Positions 50,857 to 60,242 of a stretch of DNA of 64,000 bases are shown one piece after another. The stretch covers positions 448,001-512,000 of the forward strand of contig CAVWGN010000001.1 in NCBI GenBank assembly GCA_963754655.1, read 5' to 3'. The notes beneath the pieces are model-generated. The model was not told the DNA's origin. It was given only the letters and a program-made list of their open reading frames with translations, and did not search any database. Every line of letters starts with the position of its first letter. The first letter of the stretch is position 1. The position numbers were made by a program, and so were the translations under genes. This DNA is from an uncultured Chlamydiae bacterium. GTDB taxonomy: Bacteria; Chlamydiota; Chlamydiia; Chlamydiales; Parachlamydiaceae.

Positions 50857-51639
50857 ATGATGCGTTTATTCAAAATTCTCGTTTTCTTTTTTAGCTTATT
50901 GACTCATTTTTATAGTCAGGCCGCAGAGATAGAAGTGCCTTCACCATTTTTAATGTATAAAGTCGCTGGTACAGTAGATGAAGCTTGGTTTATAAACTCA
51001 GGAAAAGCATCTCTAGTAGATTTAGAAATTGCTTTGTCAACAGTTGGATATAATTTGACGGATTTTAAGAAAATTTTAGATTGGGGATGTGGTTGTGGAA
51101 GAATTACTCGCCACATGTCCGAAATAAAAAATTATGCTGAAATTCATGGATGTGATATTGATGCAGAGGCAATTAATTGGTCTAAAACTCATATTCCATT
51201 CGTAAATTTTTCTATTTGTGACGGACTTCCTCCAACTCTATATCCAAATAATTATTTCGATTTTATTTTTAGCCATAGCGTTATGACTCATTTGGATGAA
51301 AATTACCAAGATGCATGGTTGGCTGAATTAAAAAGAATTCTTAAGCCAGGAGGAGTGATAATCTTAAGCACCCATGGAGATACTGCAATATCAACATGGA
51401 TTGACTATCTCAGAGCCAATAATATTAATGCAGAACCTTATTTGAATGCTCTCGACCAAAGAGGTATGTGCTTTTGGAAGGATGATCAATGGGGAGGAAT
51501 ATTTCCTGATTTTTATCATTCCGCTTTTCATCGTGCGTGGTATATATATCAGCATTGGGGAAAATTTTTTCAAGTTAAATCCTATTTAGTACAAAGAGGT
51601 TTAGGTTGGCAAGATTATGTTGTAATGATGAAGGAATAG
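50857..51639 (+). CDS. Class I SAM-dependent methyltransferase with signal peptide
   Basis: ILDWGCGCGR, FDFIFSHSVMTHL, RILKPGG; ATG at 50857 after AGAAGGGG; signal ..SQA|A. Confidence 0.88.
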   Translation: MMRLFKILVFFFSLLTHFYSQAAEIEVPSPFLMYKVAGTVDEAWFINSGKASLVDLEIALSTVGYNLTDFKKILDWGCGCGRITRHMSEIKNYAEIHGCDIDAEAINWSKTHIPFVNFSICDGLPPTLYPNNYFDFIFSHSVMTHLDENYQDAWLAELKRILKPGGVIILSTHGDTAISTWIDYLRANNINAEPYLNALDQRGMCFWKDDQWGGIFPDFYHSAFHRAWYIYQHWGKFFQVKSYLVQRGLGWQDYVVMMKE

Positions 51640-51664
51640 TTTAAATTTAGTATACAGGAGGAAA

Positions 51665-52498
51665 ATGTTTATCGTACGCTTGTCTTACTTTTTAATTATT
51701 TTGTTATTAGCCTTTACATTTGATAGTGCATGGGCTCAACAATCACTTTTTCAAAGAATTAGGGGAACAAACCGAAAGGAAATAACTGAATTTGTTAAGC
51801 AATTTCCAGAAGAACAATATAAAGTTTATACAATTCCAGAATATGGAAGTTTTTATCTTGATGATATAGGTGATTATGTCAAAAGCATGTTAATCTCTGG
51901 TCATCCTTGGGAACCGCACATTAGAGAACTAATTTTTAAATATGTTAAACCTAAATCTATTGTATTGGATATTGGGGCTCATATTGGAACACATACATTA
52001 GATATGTCTAAACAAGTGGGACCTAAAGGACGGGTCTTAGCATTTGAACCCCAACCAAAAATTTTTCGAGAATTGTTTTGGAATGCAAGGTTAAATAAAG
52101 CAAAGAATATTTATTTTTATCCGGTTGCTGTAGGGGATCATAATGGCACAATTGAGTTAAGCCCGCTTCTACCTTATAATGAAGCTGGAACGAGTCTTAT
52201 TTGGGGAGGCGCTGGAAAGTTTATGCCTCTAATTACTATCGATTCATTAATGTTGAATAATGTATCTCTTATAAAAATTGATGTTGAACTTCAAGAAAAT
52301 TTAGTCCTAGATGGTGCAAAAGAAACTATTGCAAGGTGCCGTCCTGTAATTCTTATTGAAATTAGAGGAGATTACGGATTTGAAAATGCCCCACCTGCAA
52401 TCAAAGATGAGATTGTATTTACAATATCCAAATTAGAAAGGATGGGATATACAGTTACATGTATAGGTCATGCTGATTTTTTAGCTATTCCCATTTAA
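51665..52498 (+). CDS. FkbM family methyltransferase with signal peptide
   Basis: LDIGAHIGTH, AFEP, IKIDVE..E..VLDGA..TI...RPVILIE; signal ..AWA|Q. Confidence 0.92.
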   Translation: MFIVRLSYFLIILLLAFTFDSAWAQQSLFQRIRGTNRKEITEFVKQFPEEQYKVYTIPEYGSFYLDDIGDYVKSMLISGHPWEPHIRELIFKYVKPKSIVLDIGAHIGTHTLDMSKQVGPKGRVLAFEPQPKIFRELFWNARLNKAKNIYFYPVAVGDHNGTIELSPLLPYNEAGTSLIWGGAGKFMPLITIDSLMLNNVSLIKIDVELQENLVLDGAKETIARCRPVILIEIRGDYGFENAPPAIKDEIVFTISKLERMGYTVTCIGHADFLAIPI

Positions 52499-53375
52499 TG
52501 GAAAAATTAAGATTAGTCATCTACCTTTTCATCGAGCTTATTTTAACTGTGTTTTGAGTTTTTCTCTATTTGATTGCGACTTTGATGTAACCAAATGGCG
52601 AAAAAACTCAAAACACCTTCGATGATTGAACTCCTCGTTGATTTTCTAATTTAGACTCCTTGTATACTTAAATTTCAATATTGTTTACTGGTCAAGGGAT
52701 CAGGAAAGCAAAGAATCAATATTTAACTTCATATTTGAAGTTTTGCAAAATTAATTAATTCACGTTGGCACAGCCCTAAAGTGGCCAGTATATCTTCTCT
52801 TTTCTTATGCCTTTCTGTAATTTCTTCGATAACCCAGCTTATAGTCTTACCAAGAGTCTCTTCTAGTACAAATCGACAAGCTTCACCAATTGTATTTAGA
52901 GTGATTTTTGCCCGTTCACACGGATGATTCTTTTTCAATATTGAAACTAAGAGACTATGCGCTAAGATGACAAGATACATGTGCCTTGTTTGGCTTTGTC
53001 CGCTTCTTAGCTGACATTCTCCCATTCCTAAATATTGTTTGCCATCCCGGTGAAATGTTTCTGTACCACTCCAGCGTTTTTTATAAGCGTTCTATATACG
53101 TCTGACTTCCCACTTGATGCGATTAGTCACTAAAATTTTAACTGGATCTTTATCATTCTTTATGTCCCAAAGAATAAGAATTCGCACTTTATGATCAATG
53201 TTGGGAATGTGGCAGCTCTTCGTAAAATACCATTGTTTTTTTTCCATTCCATTCAATCGTTTTCGGTTTTTCGGCTAAATTGATCCAGCCTCTTCAATTG
53301 CATGCATTTGCTTGCCTTGAAAATCTACCCAACGATCGAACTTCAAATCTCCTACATAAGCTCTATCTAAGCTGT

Positions 53376-53890
53376 TATAGTAATTTCAATTTAAAATTTC
53401 TTAATTGCAAACTTTCAAAAAAGATTGATCAATTGCTTCAGCAAGACTTGAAAATAAGTTTAAAACCTCTTTTACACTCCTCTTAAAATTGGCCCAAAAT
53501 TTTTCAATCGGATTCAAATCAGGAGAATATGGTGGTAAAATAAATTTCACATCCTGCCTTTTGAATGATTTCTACGCTTGTTTTGGACTTATGAAAACTC
53601 GCATTATCCATAATGACCGCTTGTCCTGATTTCAGCTCCGGAACTAAGTTGCTCGAGCCATGCGTTAAATAAATTTGTATTGCATGTTCCGGTATAGCAA
53701 AATGGCGCTAAAATGCTTGATTGATTCTGAGCTGCTATAAAGCTTTCCCTAGAATATCGACTTCCGGAAACTGCTCCATATACTTTTTGTCCTCTGATTG
53801 CCCTTGCATTTTCTCTTTGCAAATATTCATGGATCCCACTTTCATCAATATAGACTCTTTTTTCTTCGGGAATGTCTTCCTAAGTTTAAG
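53376..53890 (-). pseudogene. IS630-family transposase 3' fragment
   Basis: YIDESGI, GTCNTNLFNAWLEQ, VIMDNASFHKS, LPPYSPDLNPIE. Confidence 0.85.
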
Positions 53891-53894
53891 AGCA

Positions 53895-54582
53895 TCGCCG
53901 TTACGATACTTCCTTTAAGAAATAATTGATCCAGAAGGTCACAAATTGCAGTAATTTCATTGCTTTTATCATCTACTTTTAGCTGCCCTAAACAAACTTT
54001 ATTTTCACAGCTCCAAGCATGTAAAAGATGAACCACTTGTTTATCATTAGCTTTATCTTTGGATCCACGTAAGCTCTTGCCATCTATTGCAATGACATCA
54101 TCTGCCAACTTTTGTCGAAATAACTGAGCGACTTCTTGAAGCATAGCTTCTAAAGAGAGAGGGTTAATTAGAGAGATCACTCGTTCCAAAGTAAAAGCAG
54201 AGGGAGTACCTGAAGAAATATCCAAGTATTGCCCTAGCCAATCTTGCATAGCCTCTGCCATATTGGACATCTCTTCCCAATCTTCAGCTCCGCATAACAT
54301 AGTAACCGTAATGATGAAAAGAATAGTTGTTAAAGAATAGCTAAAATTTGGAGATAGACCACGAGGATCTTCTATTCTTTCTAAAATTGCTATAAATTGT
54401 GTTTGTGCTGCTGGATGATCGAATATTGGCTTTTTCAAATGAATGAGCGCCCTCTTTTTTTCATGAATAACTCCTAATTTTCATGAATAAGTCCTAATAA
54501 GTAGGTTATAACTCTAAAAAGTATAACTACTTTACAACTAGAAGTCGATTATTCAAAAAAGTGTTTTAATGCTAGAGCCCTG
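53895..54582 (-). pseudogene. ISAs1-family transposase 5' fragment with left TIR
   Basis: DPR, LCGAEDW, AIDGKSLRGS, KSNEITAI; end CAGGGCTCTAGCATTAAAACAC at 54582. Confidence 0.88.
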
Positions 54583-55279
54583 ACTATAATATGATTTAAA
54601 GGCCTTGCATTCGTATAATAGCTATCAAATACGAAGTCTCCCGGAATCTTGTTAGCGACTATCCAATCCACCAATTCAATGAAGAGATCAGTATGATCTT
54701 TGAAAGGAATTTGCTTCTCTTTGCAATTCTCCTCCTTTATAAAGCATCGGAATTCAAGAGGATAATGCTTGCTTGATGAACATATGTAATTGGCTATTAA
54801 ATAATCGTGTGCTATTATGCTTCTTTTTTCTGCATGATCCCCCATCCAGCCTACATCCTCAATAAATTGGCCGTCATGATCAATCAGTACATAATTGTTC
54901 CATACTTTGAATATCTGGTTGTTGGATCTTCTTGGTGAAATTTCAACCTTTCTTCATTTAATTGCTCAGCATTCCAATCAACACTTGTTATCCATCGGTT
55001 TAAGCAGGATTGGTCTGTTGTTTGTGCAAACTCAGCATTCATGCCGTTGGCTGTTTTCCTCTGCGCCAACAATAAACCCGTTAAATACTCTCCAACATGT
55101 TGCCTCTCAGGTTCATTAGCAAAAAGATGTCCAAACTTTTTAATGGCTTCTTGAACAATTTGCGGAAACTCTACTATTGCAGGCATAATAATATCTCCTA
55201 ATAGAAGAGCTATAGTTTTAATTTTACCACATTTTCAAATTTGCAAAACTTCAGTTCATATCTCAATATAGACACCCAT

Positions 55280-55370
55280 ATTTTTAGATTGGAGCTTATA
55301 TTGGAAACACATTCATTAGCTATGTCTAAACGATTAGGGCTATGGAAGGTGAAAGAGTTTTCACAAAGGC
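55280..55370 (+). pseudogene. Degenerate FkbM methyltransferase fragment
   Basis: ATTGGAGCTTATATTGGAAACACATTCATTAGCTATGTCTAAA resembles 51971-52011 (IGAHIGTHTLDMSK). Confidence 0.5.
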
Positions 55371-55430
55371 AGTTGATTGCATCTGTCAATCAAGTTTGAT
55401 CAGAATGGTTTCTATGCAAATTCAATTGCT

Positions 55431-56369
55431 TCAATATTCTTGCAAGATTTTTTCGATAAATTCTTGTACATGTGCTTCTTTTTGCTCATATCCAGCAAAG
55501 TTAAAACTACTTGTATTGAAATGAAATAGTCGCTTATTTAAATGAAATTCTGTAGGTGGATAGTCATCTTTTTTGATAAGTTCAATTTCTATAGGCGTAA
55601 ACCCCTTATCTAATAAGGCCTGTTCTGAGTGTAATGCTAGAGTACTGCCTACTTGCCCCTCATATTTTTTACAATTAACATCTGGATGGTTATTTAAAAA
55701 ATGGTATGTATACGATCCTGTATCATGAAGAATATTATTTACTACTGCTATGTCGAATTTTAACTCTTTCACGTAAGGCATGGTACGTGGATTAAAAGCA
55801 ACAAAAACAACCCATAAATAGTCTATATCAGCATACTCTTTTCGAATACCTATGATATCGTGTTTTTTTAATAGAGTGCGGATATTTAAGGGTCGAATAG
55901 GAAATGCATCTCCATCTACCAATGCAACAATATCATTGTGTTTATATCCATAATTTTCTAAAGCATATTGGATGACATGACAATGTCTGACACTTGGCTG
56001 TTGACCAATATCACTTGGTTGAGGTGAGATGAAAGCATGTATATTAGTAAGACTAGGATTTTTTATCCATTCTGCTATTTCATAATTTAAAGATTCATCC
56101 GGGTGCCATTTCTGCTTATAACGGACACATTTAATTCCATATTTTGCGCAGTTTTCTTTTATCGCTGTTGAAAGAATTGGATCTTTAGCATCATTAAACA
56201 CGATTAATTCATAATCATTACGCATAAATTTCTTAAACATTTTATACTGAATTTCAATATATTGAGGTTTGTTATAATGAAATGTTAAGAAGCGAACTTT
56301 GGCTGAAAGAGGGCTATTGATTACAACTAACATTACAATAAACATAAAAAATTTGTGTTTCATACTCAT
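55431..56369 (-). CDS. Signal-peptide-bearing putative GT-A-like glycosyltransferase
   Basis: YELIVFND, ALVDGDAFPIRP (DxD), DTG; signal ..LSA|K. Confidence 0.6.
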   Translation of the reverse strand: MSMKHKFFMFIVMLVVINSPLSAKVRFLTFHYNKPQYIEIQYKMFKKFMRNDYELIVFNDAKDPILSTAIKENCAKYGIKCVRYKQKWHPDESLNYEIAEWIKNPSLTNIHAFISPQPSDIGQQPSVRHCHVIQYALENYGYKHNDIVALVDGDAFPIRPLNIRTLLKKHDIIGIRKEYADIDYLWVVFVAFNPRTMPYVKELKFDIAVVNNILHDTGSYTYHFLNNHPDVNCKKYEGQVGSTLALHSEQALLDKGFTPIEIELIKKDDYPPTEFHLNKRLFHFNTSSFNFAGYEQKEAHVQEFIEKILQEY

Positions 56370-56469
56370 TTTTCTATTTCCTTTTTTTTTTGTAATTTAT
56401 GCTTATAGCATTTAAAAAATCATAAAGATAAACGTAGGCAATTCAGTTAAAATTTGATTATGAAGAAAA

Positions 56470-57672
56470 TTAACAGGCCTGGATAGTTTGTAGGTCATAA
56501 GATTTAATCACTTTTTTGAGTAAAAATTTCCACTTTTTTAAAACCAGTGCTTTCCTTTTTTGGTTATATTTTTTCATTTTTCTGCTGATCATTTCAACGT
56601 CGACTGTTTTGAGTAATTGTTCTAAATGCTCAAAAGAATGAAAATATTGTATATATGGCATATTCTCTTTATCATAAAAGTCGGCATGATCAATCCAAAA
56701 CTTAATTACATTCGGATCTGATAAGTTATTAGGATCTCCTAGAGTAGTCGGAGGGGGAATAAAATGAAAGAGATGAAAGTAAGACACCTCGTTTAAAATT
56801 TCCTGACTCTTTTTACGTAGCTGAGCCAAGAAAGTTTTAGAGGGGAAAAATAATGGAACATTTGCGCTATATTCTTCAAAAATAGACATTGTACTAATTT
56901 GATAAGGGAAATGAATAATGCCCTTATAATCGTAAAGATCTTGCCAGTTATAAGGACGTGTAAGATCATTACTAATCATTTTGATATACTTTTTTTGCAC
57001 ATAATCAGCAAATTGAGAATTTCTGACCGAAGGTTGACAAATAAAACTTTTTTTCTTCCCAGAATAATGAGCATTAGTATATTGACATAAAGATGGAATG
57101 ACTTCGCCTTTAATTCCAGTATAATATTCTAAATATTTCTGATCCCCTTTATTATTTGCGACTATAAATAATTTATTACGATTGACGCCCTCAATTAAAA
57201 AGTTATCTAGCCAAGACTTTAATTCTGGTTTATCTGTAAAGGGGATTTCATATCTCACTGCGTTAATGATAATTATTGGCTTGTTTGTCTTTTCATAGAA
57301 AAGAGCAAAAGAAGCATTATAAGCTGCAATATAACCATCAAATTGATCTAAGAAGTCTTTATATTTCTCATAAAATTGTTGGTATATTTTTTGATCGGAG
57401 GAATATAGCCATGAAAAATAATCAACAATTTCTACAGGATCATGTTCATATCCTAAAGTCCAACGAGAATTGCTAACGCCTGATGTAGGAACTATCCATA
57501 TCACAACTTCATGGCCTAATTCTTCAAAAATGCTTTTTACATCAGCAGATACTGAACCATGAAAATCAAGACAGAAAAAGCGTAATTTTTTTTTAGGTAT
57601 TTTTTGTAAATCACTAGCAAATAAAAATGAAAAAATAAAAAAAAGACTCATAAAACCAAATACTTTTTTCAT
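56470..57672 (-). CDS. Signal-peptide-bearing putative glycosyltransferase (GT-B-like)
   Basis: LDFH.SV..D, YKGIIHFPYQISTMSIFEEYSANVPLFFPS; signal ..LFA|S. Confidence 0.55.
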   Translation of the reverse strand: MKKVFGFMSLFFIFSFLFASDLQKIPKKKLRFFCLDFHGSVSADVKSIFEELGHEVVIWIVPTSGVSNSRWTLGYEHDPVEIVDYFSWLYSSDQKIYQQFYEKYKDFLDQFDGYIAAYNASFALFYEKTNKPIIIINAVRYEIPFTDKPELKSWLDNFLIEGVNRNKLFIVANNKGDQKYLEYYTGIKGEVIPSLCQYTNAHYSGKKKSFICQPSVRNSQFADYVQKKYIKMISNDLTRPYNWQDLYDYKGIIHFPYQISTMSIFEEYSANVPLFFPSKTFLAQLRKKSQEILNEVSYFHLFHFIPPPTTLGDPNNLSDPNVIKFWIDHADFYDKENMPYIQYFHSFEHLEQLLKTVDVEMISRKMKKYNQKRKALVLKKWKFLLKKVIKSYDLQTIQAC

Positions 57673-57873
57673 AAAAAATCTATATTTTCTAGTTTATATT
57701 GCTTCATGTCTTAAATTTAAATTTATTAAAATTTCTAGGTTGAGATTCGCATTTGTTTTTGCCATTGTAAAGCAATTAATGAAGAATTCGTGTAGGTTGT
57801 GCATTTAGATTTTCGTTTGGAGCGTAAAGGTTTCCTTTTTCAAACCTGTATGCGTACTTTTATAAATGAGTAT

Positions 57874-58815
57874 TTAGAGTTCTTTAGCTGCCATTTTTCG
57901 AAAAACTGAATGAATAGATTGTTTGATATGTGGAAGTTCTGGAAATTCTTTTTGCAACTTTGTTGTATCTAATTCATTATTTGATCTTCGTGCTTTTAAG
58001 ATTTCATTTTGTTCTTCTATCGTAAAGTTCGTATAAGTAAAGTTAGGATCAATATACGTCTTATAAAGATCAAGAAGCTCATTGTGAGAAATGGTGCCAG
58101 GATTCACGAAATTAAAATTTCCTTTTAAATTGCACAAAGTCATCTTAATTGCAATTGGCAAAAGATCATCTAAAATAGACATGGAATTGGGAATATTAAT
58201 GACTTTTTGATACTTTGTAATTTTAGTGATAAAGTTTTTAGGATGTAGTTCAGAAGAAATAGGCATTCTCAGCCGCAAGTTCAAAACATTGGGATAAGAA
58301 TCAAGCAACTTTTCAAGCATGATTTTAGTTTTTGAGTAGAAGGATCCTGCAAAATTAGGTTCATCTTCTTCGGTAAAGCCTTTGCCGCTGCCCATGGGGT
58401 GCTCAGCATCATATTCATAGATACAGCCAGTCCCAAAATTGGTGACGTGAATGTCATGAAGATAAGCGATATCTGCTAAATTTAATATTCCAATAATGTT
58501 GGTGCGAATTGTTTGTTGTTGATGGTCCTCGCACCAATCAACATTGGGAGTTCCAGTCAATCCTGCACAATTGAAGATGTAATCTGGACGTCTGAGTTGA
58601 ATTTCGCTTTCGACTTCTTCTCTATTTTCCAGTCTTGATTCTGCGACATAGACAATCTGGCCCTCTTCACGCAAAAGGACAACCATTTTTTGTCCAATCC
58701 AACCAGTTTTTCCTCCCCAAACTAAAAAGACTTTATTTGAATTTTCATCTGCATAACCATACAATCGGCTGATAAGAAGACATAAAAAAAATATAAAATT
58801 TAGTGAATTTTTCAT
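57874..58815 (-). CDS. NDP-4-keto-6-deoxyglucose 3,5-epimerase/4-reductase (NRS/ER, eukaryote-type rhamnose synthesis) with signal peptide
   Basis: GGKTGWIG, AGLTGTPNVDWCEDH, GTGCIYEYD..HPMGSG.GF.EED.PNF.GSFYSKTK, LRLRMPIS, RRSNNELDTTKL. Confidence 0.9.
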   Translation of the reverse strand: MKNSLNFIFFLCLLISRLYGYADENSNKVFLVWGGKTGWIGQKMVVLLREEGQIVYVAESRLENREEVESEIQLRRPDYIFNCAGLTGTPNVDWCEDHQQQTIRTNIIGILNLADIAYLHDIHVTNFGTGCIYEYDAEHPMGSGKGFTEEDEPNFAGSFYSKTKIMLEKLLDSYPNVLNLRLRMPISSELHPKNFITKITKYQKVINIPNSMSILDDLLPIAIKMTLCNLKGNFNFVNPGTISHNELLDLYKTYIDPNFTYTNFTIEEQNEILKARRSNNELDTTKLQKEFPELPHIKQSIHSVFRKMAAKEL

Positions 58816-58854
58816 GAATATTCCTTTGTCAATTGTGTTTTTATATTCAAGCTA

Positions 58855-59976
58855 TCATTGTAAAATGAGTTCACCATTTGGTGTGCGAATTTCAATAAGA
58901 GAATCATTTTCCATCTTCTGCCAAATTTCAGGATGATTTTTGTACCATTCAATTGTTTGATGAATTCCTTCTTCTAAAGAAATTGTTGCACTCCAGTTGA
59001 GCAGAGCCTTAGCTTTGTTAGTAGAAGAAATATGGGTATCAACTTGGCCAGGTCGATCGGTGATAAACTTCAATTGAGAATAAGGCAAGTTAAACTCTTT
59101 AAGAATGAGATGGGCAATTTCAAGGACGCTTGTTGCAATACCTGAACCAATATTGATGACTTGTTGCTTAATTGAATCAAAATTTTCAAGATGTAAGGCT
59201 GCATCGATGGCTTTAGCCATATCTGATGTGTGTATCCAATCTCTTTTTTGTTGCCCTGAGCCATGAATGGTTAAAGACTCGCCTTTAATAGCCGATGTGA
59301 TAAGGCGTGGAATCAACTTTTCCAGGTGTTGGTTAGGTCCATAATTATTAAAAGGACGTAAAATTACAGCGGGTACGTTAAAAGTACAACAATAAGAATA
59401 GACTAATCGATCAGCACCCACTTTTGCTGCAGCATAGGGCGAACGTGCATTGAGCAGATGCTCTTCATTCATAGGTTCGCTTTCAGCTGTTCCATACACT
59501 TCCGAGGTCGATATATGAATAAAGCGTTCAATATTTTTAGAATATTTGACAACAGCGCTCATGAGCACACGAGTTCCAAGGACATCTGTGGAAAAAAACA
59601 CAGCATCATCTTTAATACTGCGTGTCACATGTGTTTCGGCTGCAAAATGCACTACAAAATGAGATTTAGCCATGGCAGCATTCACAACGCTTTCATTTGT
59701 AATGTTATCATGAATAAATTCAAAGCGCGGCGATTTTTGAATATATTCTGGAATCTTATCTAAAGAACCGGCATAGGTAAGAGCATCTAAAACGATAAGC
59801 TTATAACTGGGATATTTATCAAACATATATTTGATGAAATTGCTCCCAATAAAACCAGCTCCTCCTGTTACTAAAACGGTTTTCTCATTTTCATTTGGTA
59901 AAGTTTCTCGGGCATATAGAGCCGACTGCTGTGAAAGAAAAAATAAAAGGTATAGAGTTAGACGAAAGTAGGCCAT
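58855..59976 (-). CDS. rfbB: dTDP/UDP-glucose 4,6-dehydratase with signal peptide
   Basis: VTGGAGFIGSNF, DALTYAG, HFAAETHV, HISTSEVYG, SPYAAAK, NNYGPNQ..EKLIP. Confidence 0.9.
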   Translation of the reverse strand: MAYFRLTLYLLFFLSQQSALYARETLPNENEKTVLVTGGAGFIGSNFIKYMFDKYPSYKLIVLDALTYAGSLDKIPEYIQKSPRFEFIHDNITNESVVNAAMAKSHFVVHFAAETHVTRSIKDDAVFFSTDVLGTRVLMSAVVKYSKNIERFIHISTSEVYGTAESEPMNEEHLLNARSPYAAAKVGADRLVYSYCCTFNVPAVILRPFNNYGPNQHLEKLIPRLITSAIKGESLTIHGSGQQKRDWIHTSDMAKAIDAALHLENFDSIKQQVINIGSGIATSVLEIAHLILKEFNLPYSQLKFITDRPGQVDTHISSTNKAKALLNWSATISLEEGIHQTIEWYKNHPEIWQKMENDSLIEIRTPNGELILQ

Positions 59977-60242
59977 ATAGTTCCTTGGTTTTCAAATAAA
60001 AACAGGTTAAATTGAGCTAAAATTTTAAAAGAAAAGGTATAAAAAACAAAAATTAATTTGCAAGTTAAAATGGCATCTTCCTATATAATATTTATGATAA
60101 CTTTCATTTCTCCAGCCATATTGGGATTAATCCGGTTAAATTAACAGGAGTAGAAAACCCTGGTTAAAATGAAAATTACATTATATAGTCATCGTTTTTT
60201 TATTGATAGTACCTTCCTATTAAATGCTCTTAGGATTCATCT

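Larger units (their letters stand above)
52735..55254 (-). mobile_element. IS701-like (IS4-superfamily DDE) element, fragmented, carrying nested IS630 and ISAs1 pieces
   Basis: TIR TGAAGTTTTGCAAA at both ends; TTCATAT direct repeats at 52728-52734 and 55255-55261; fragments EYLTGLL..RKT, FVFDSYY, LGMGECQLRS. Confidence 0.75.
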
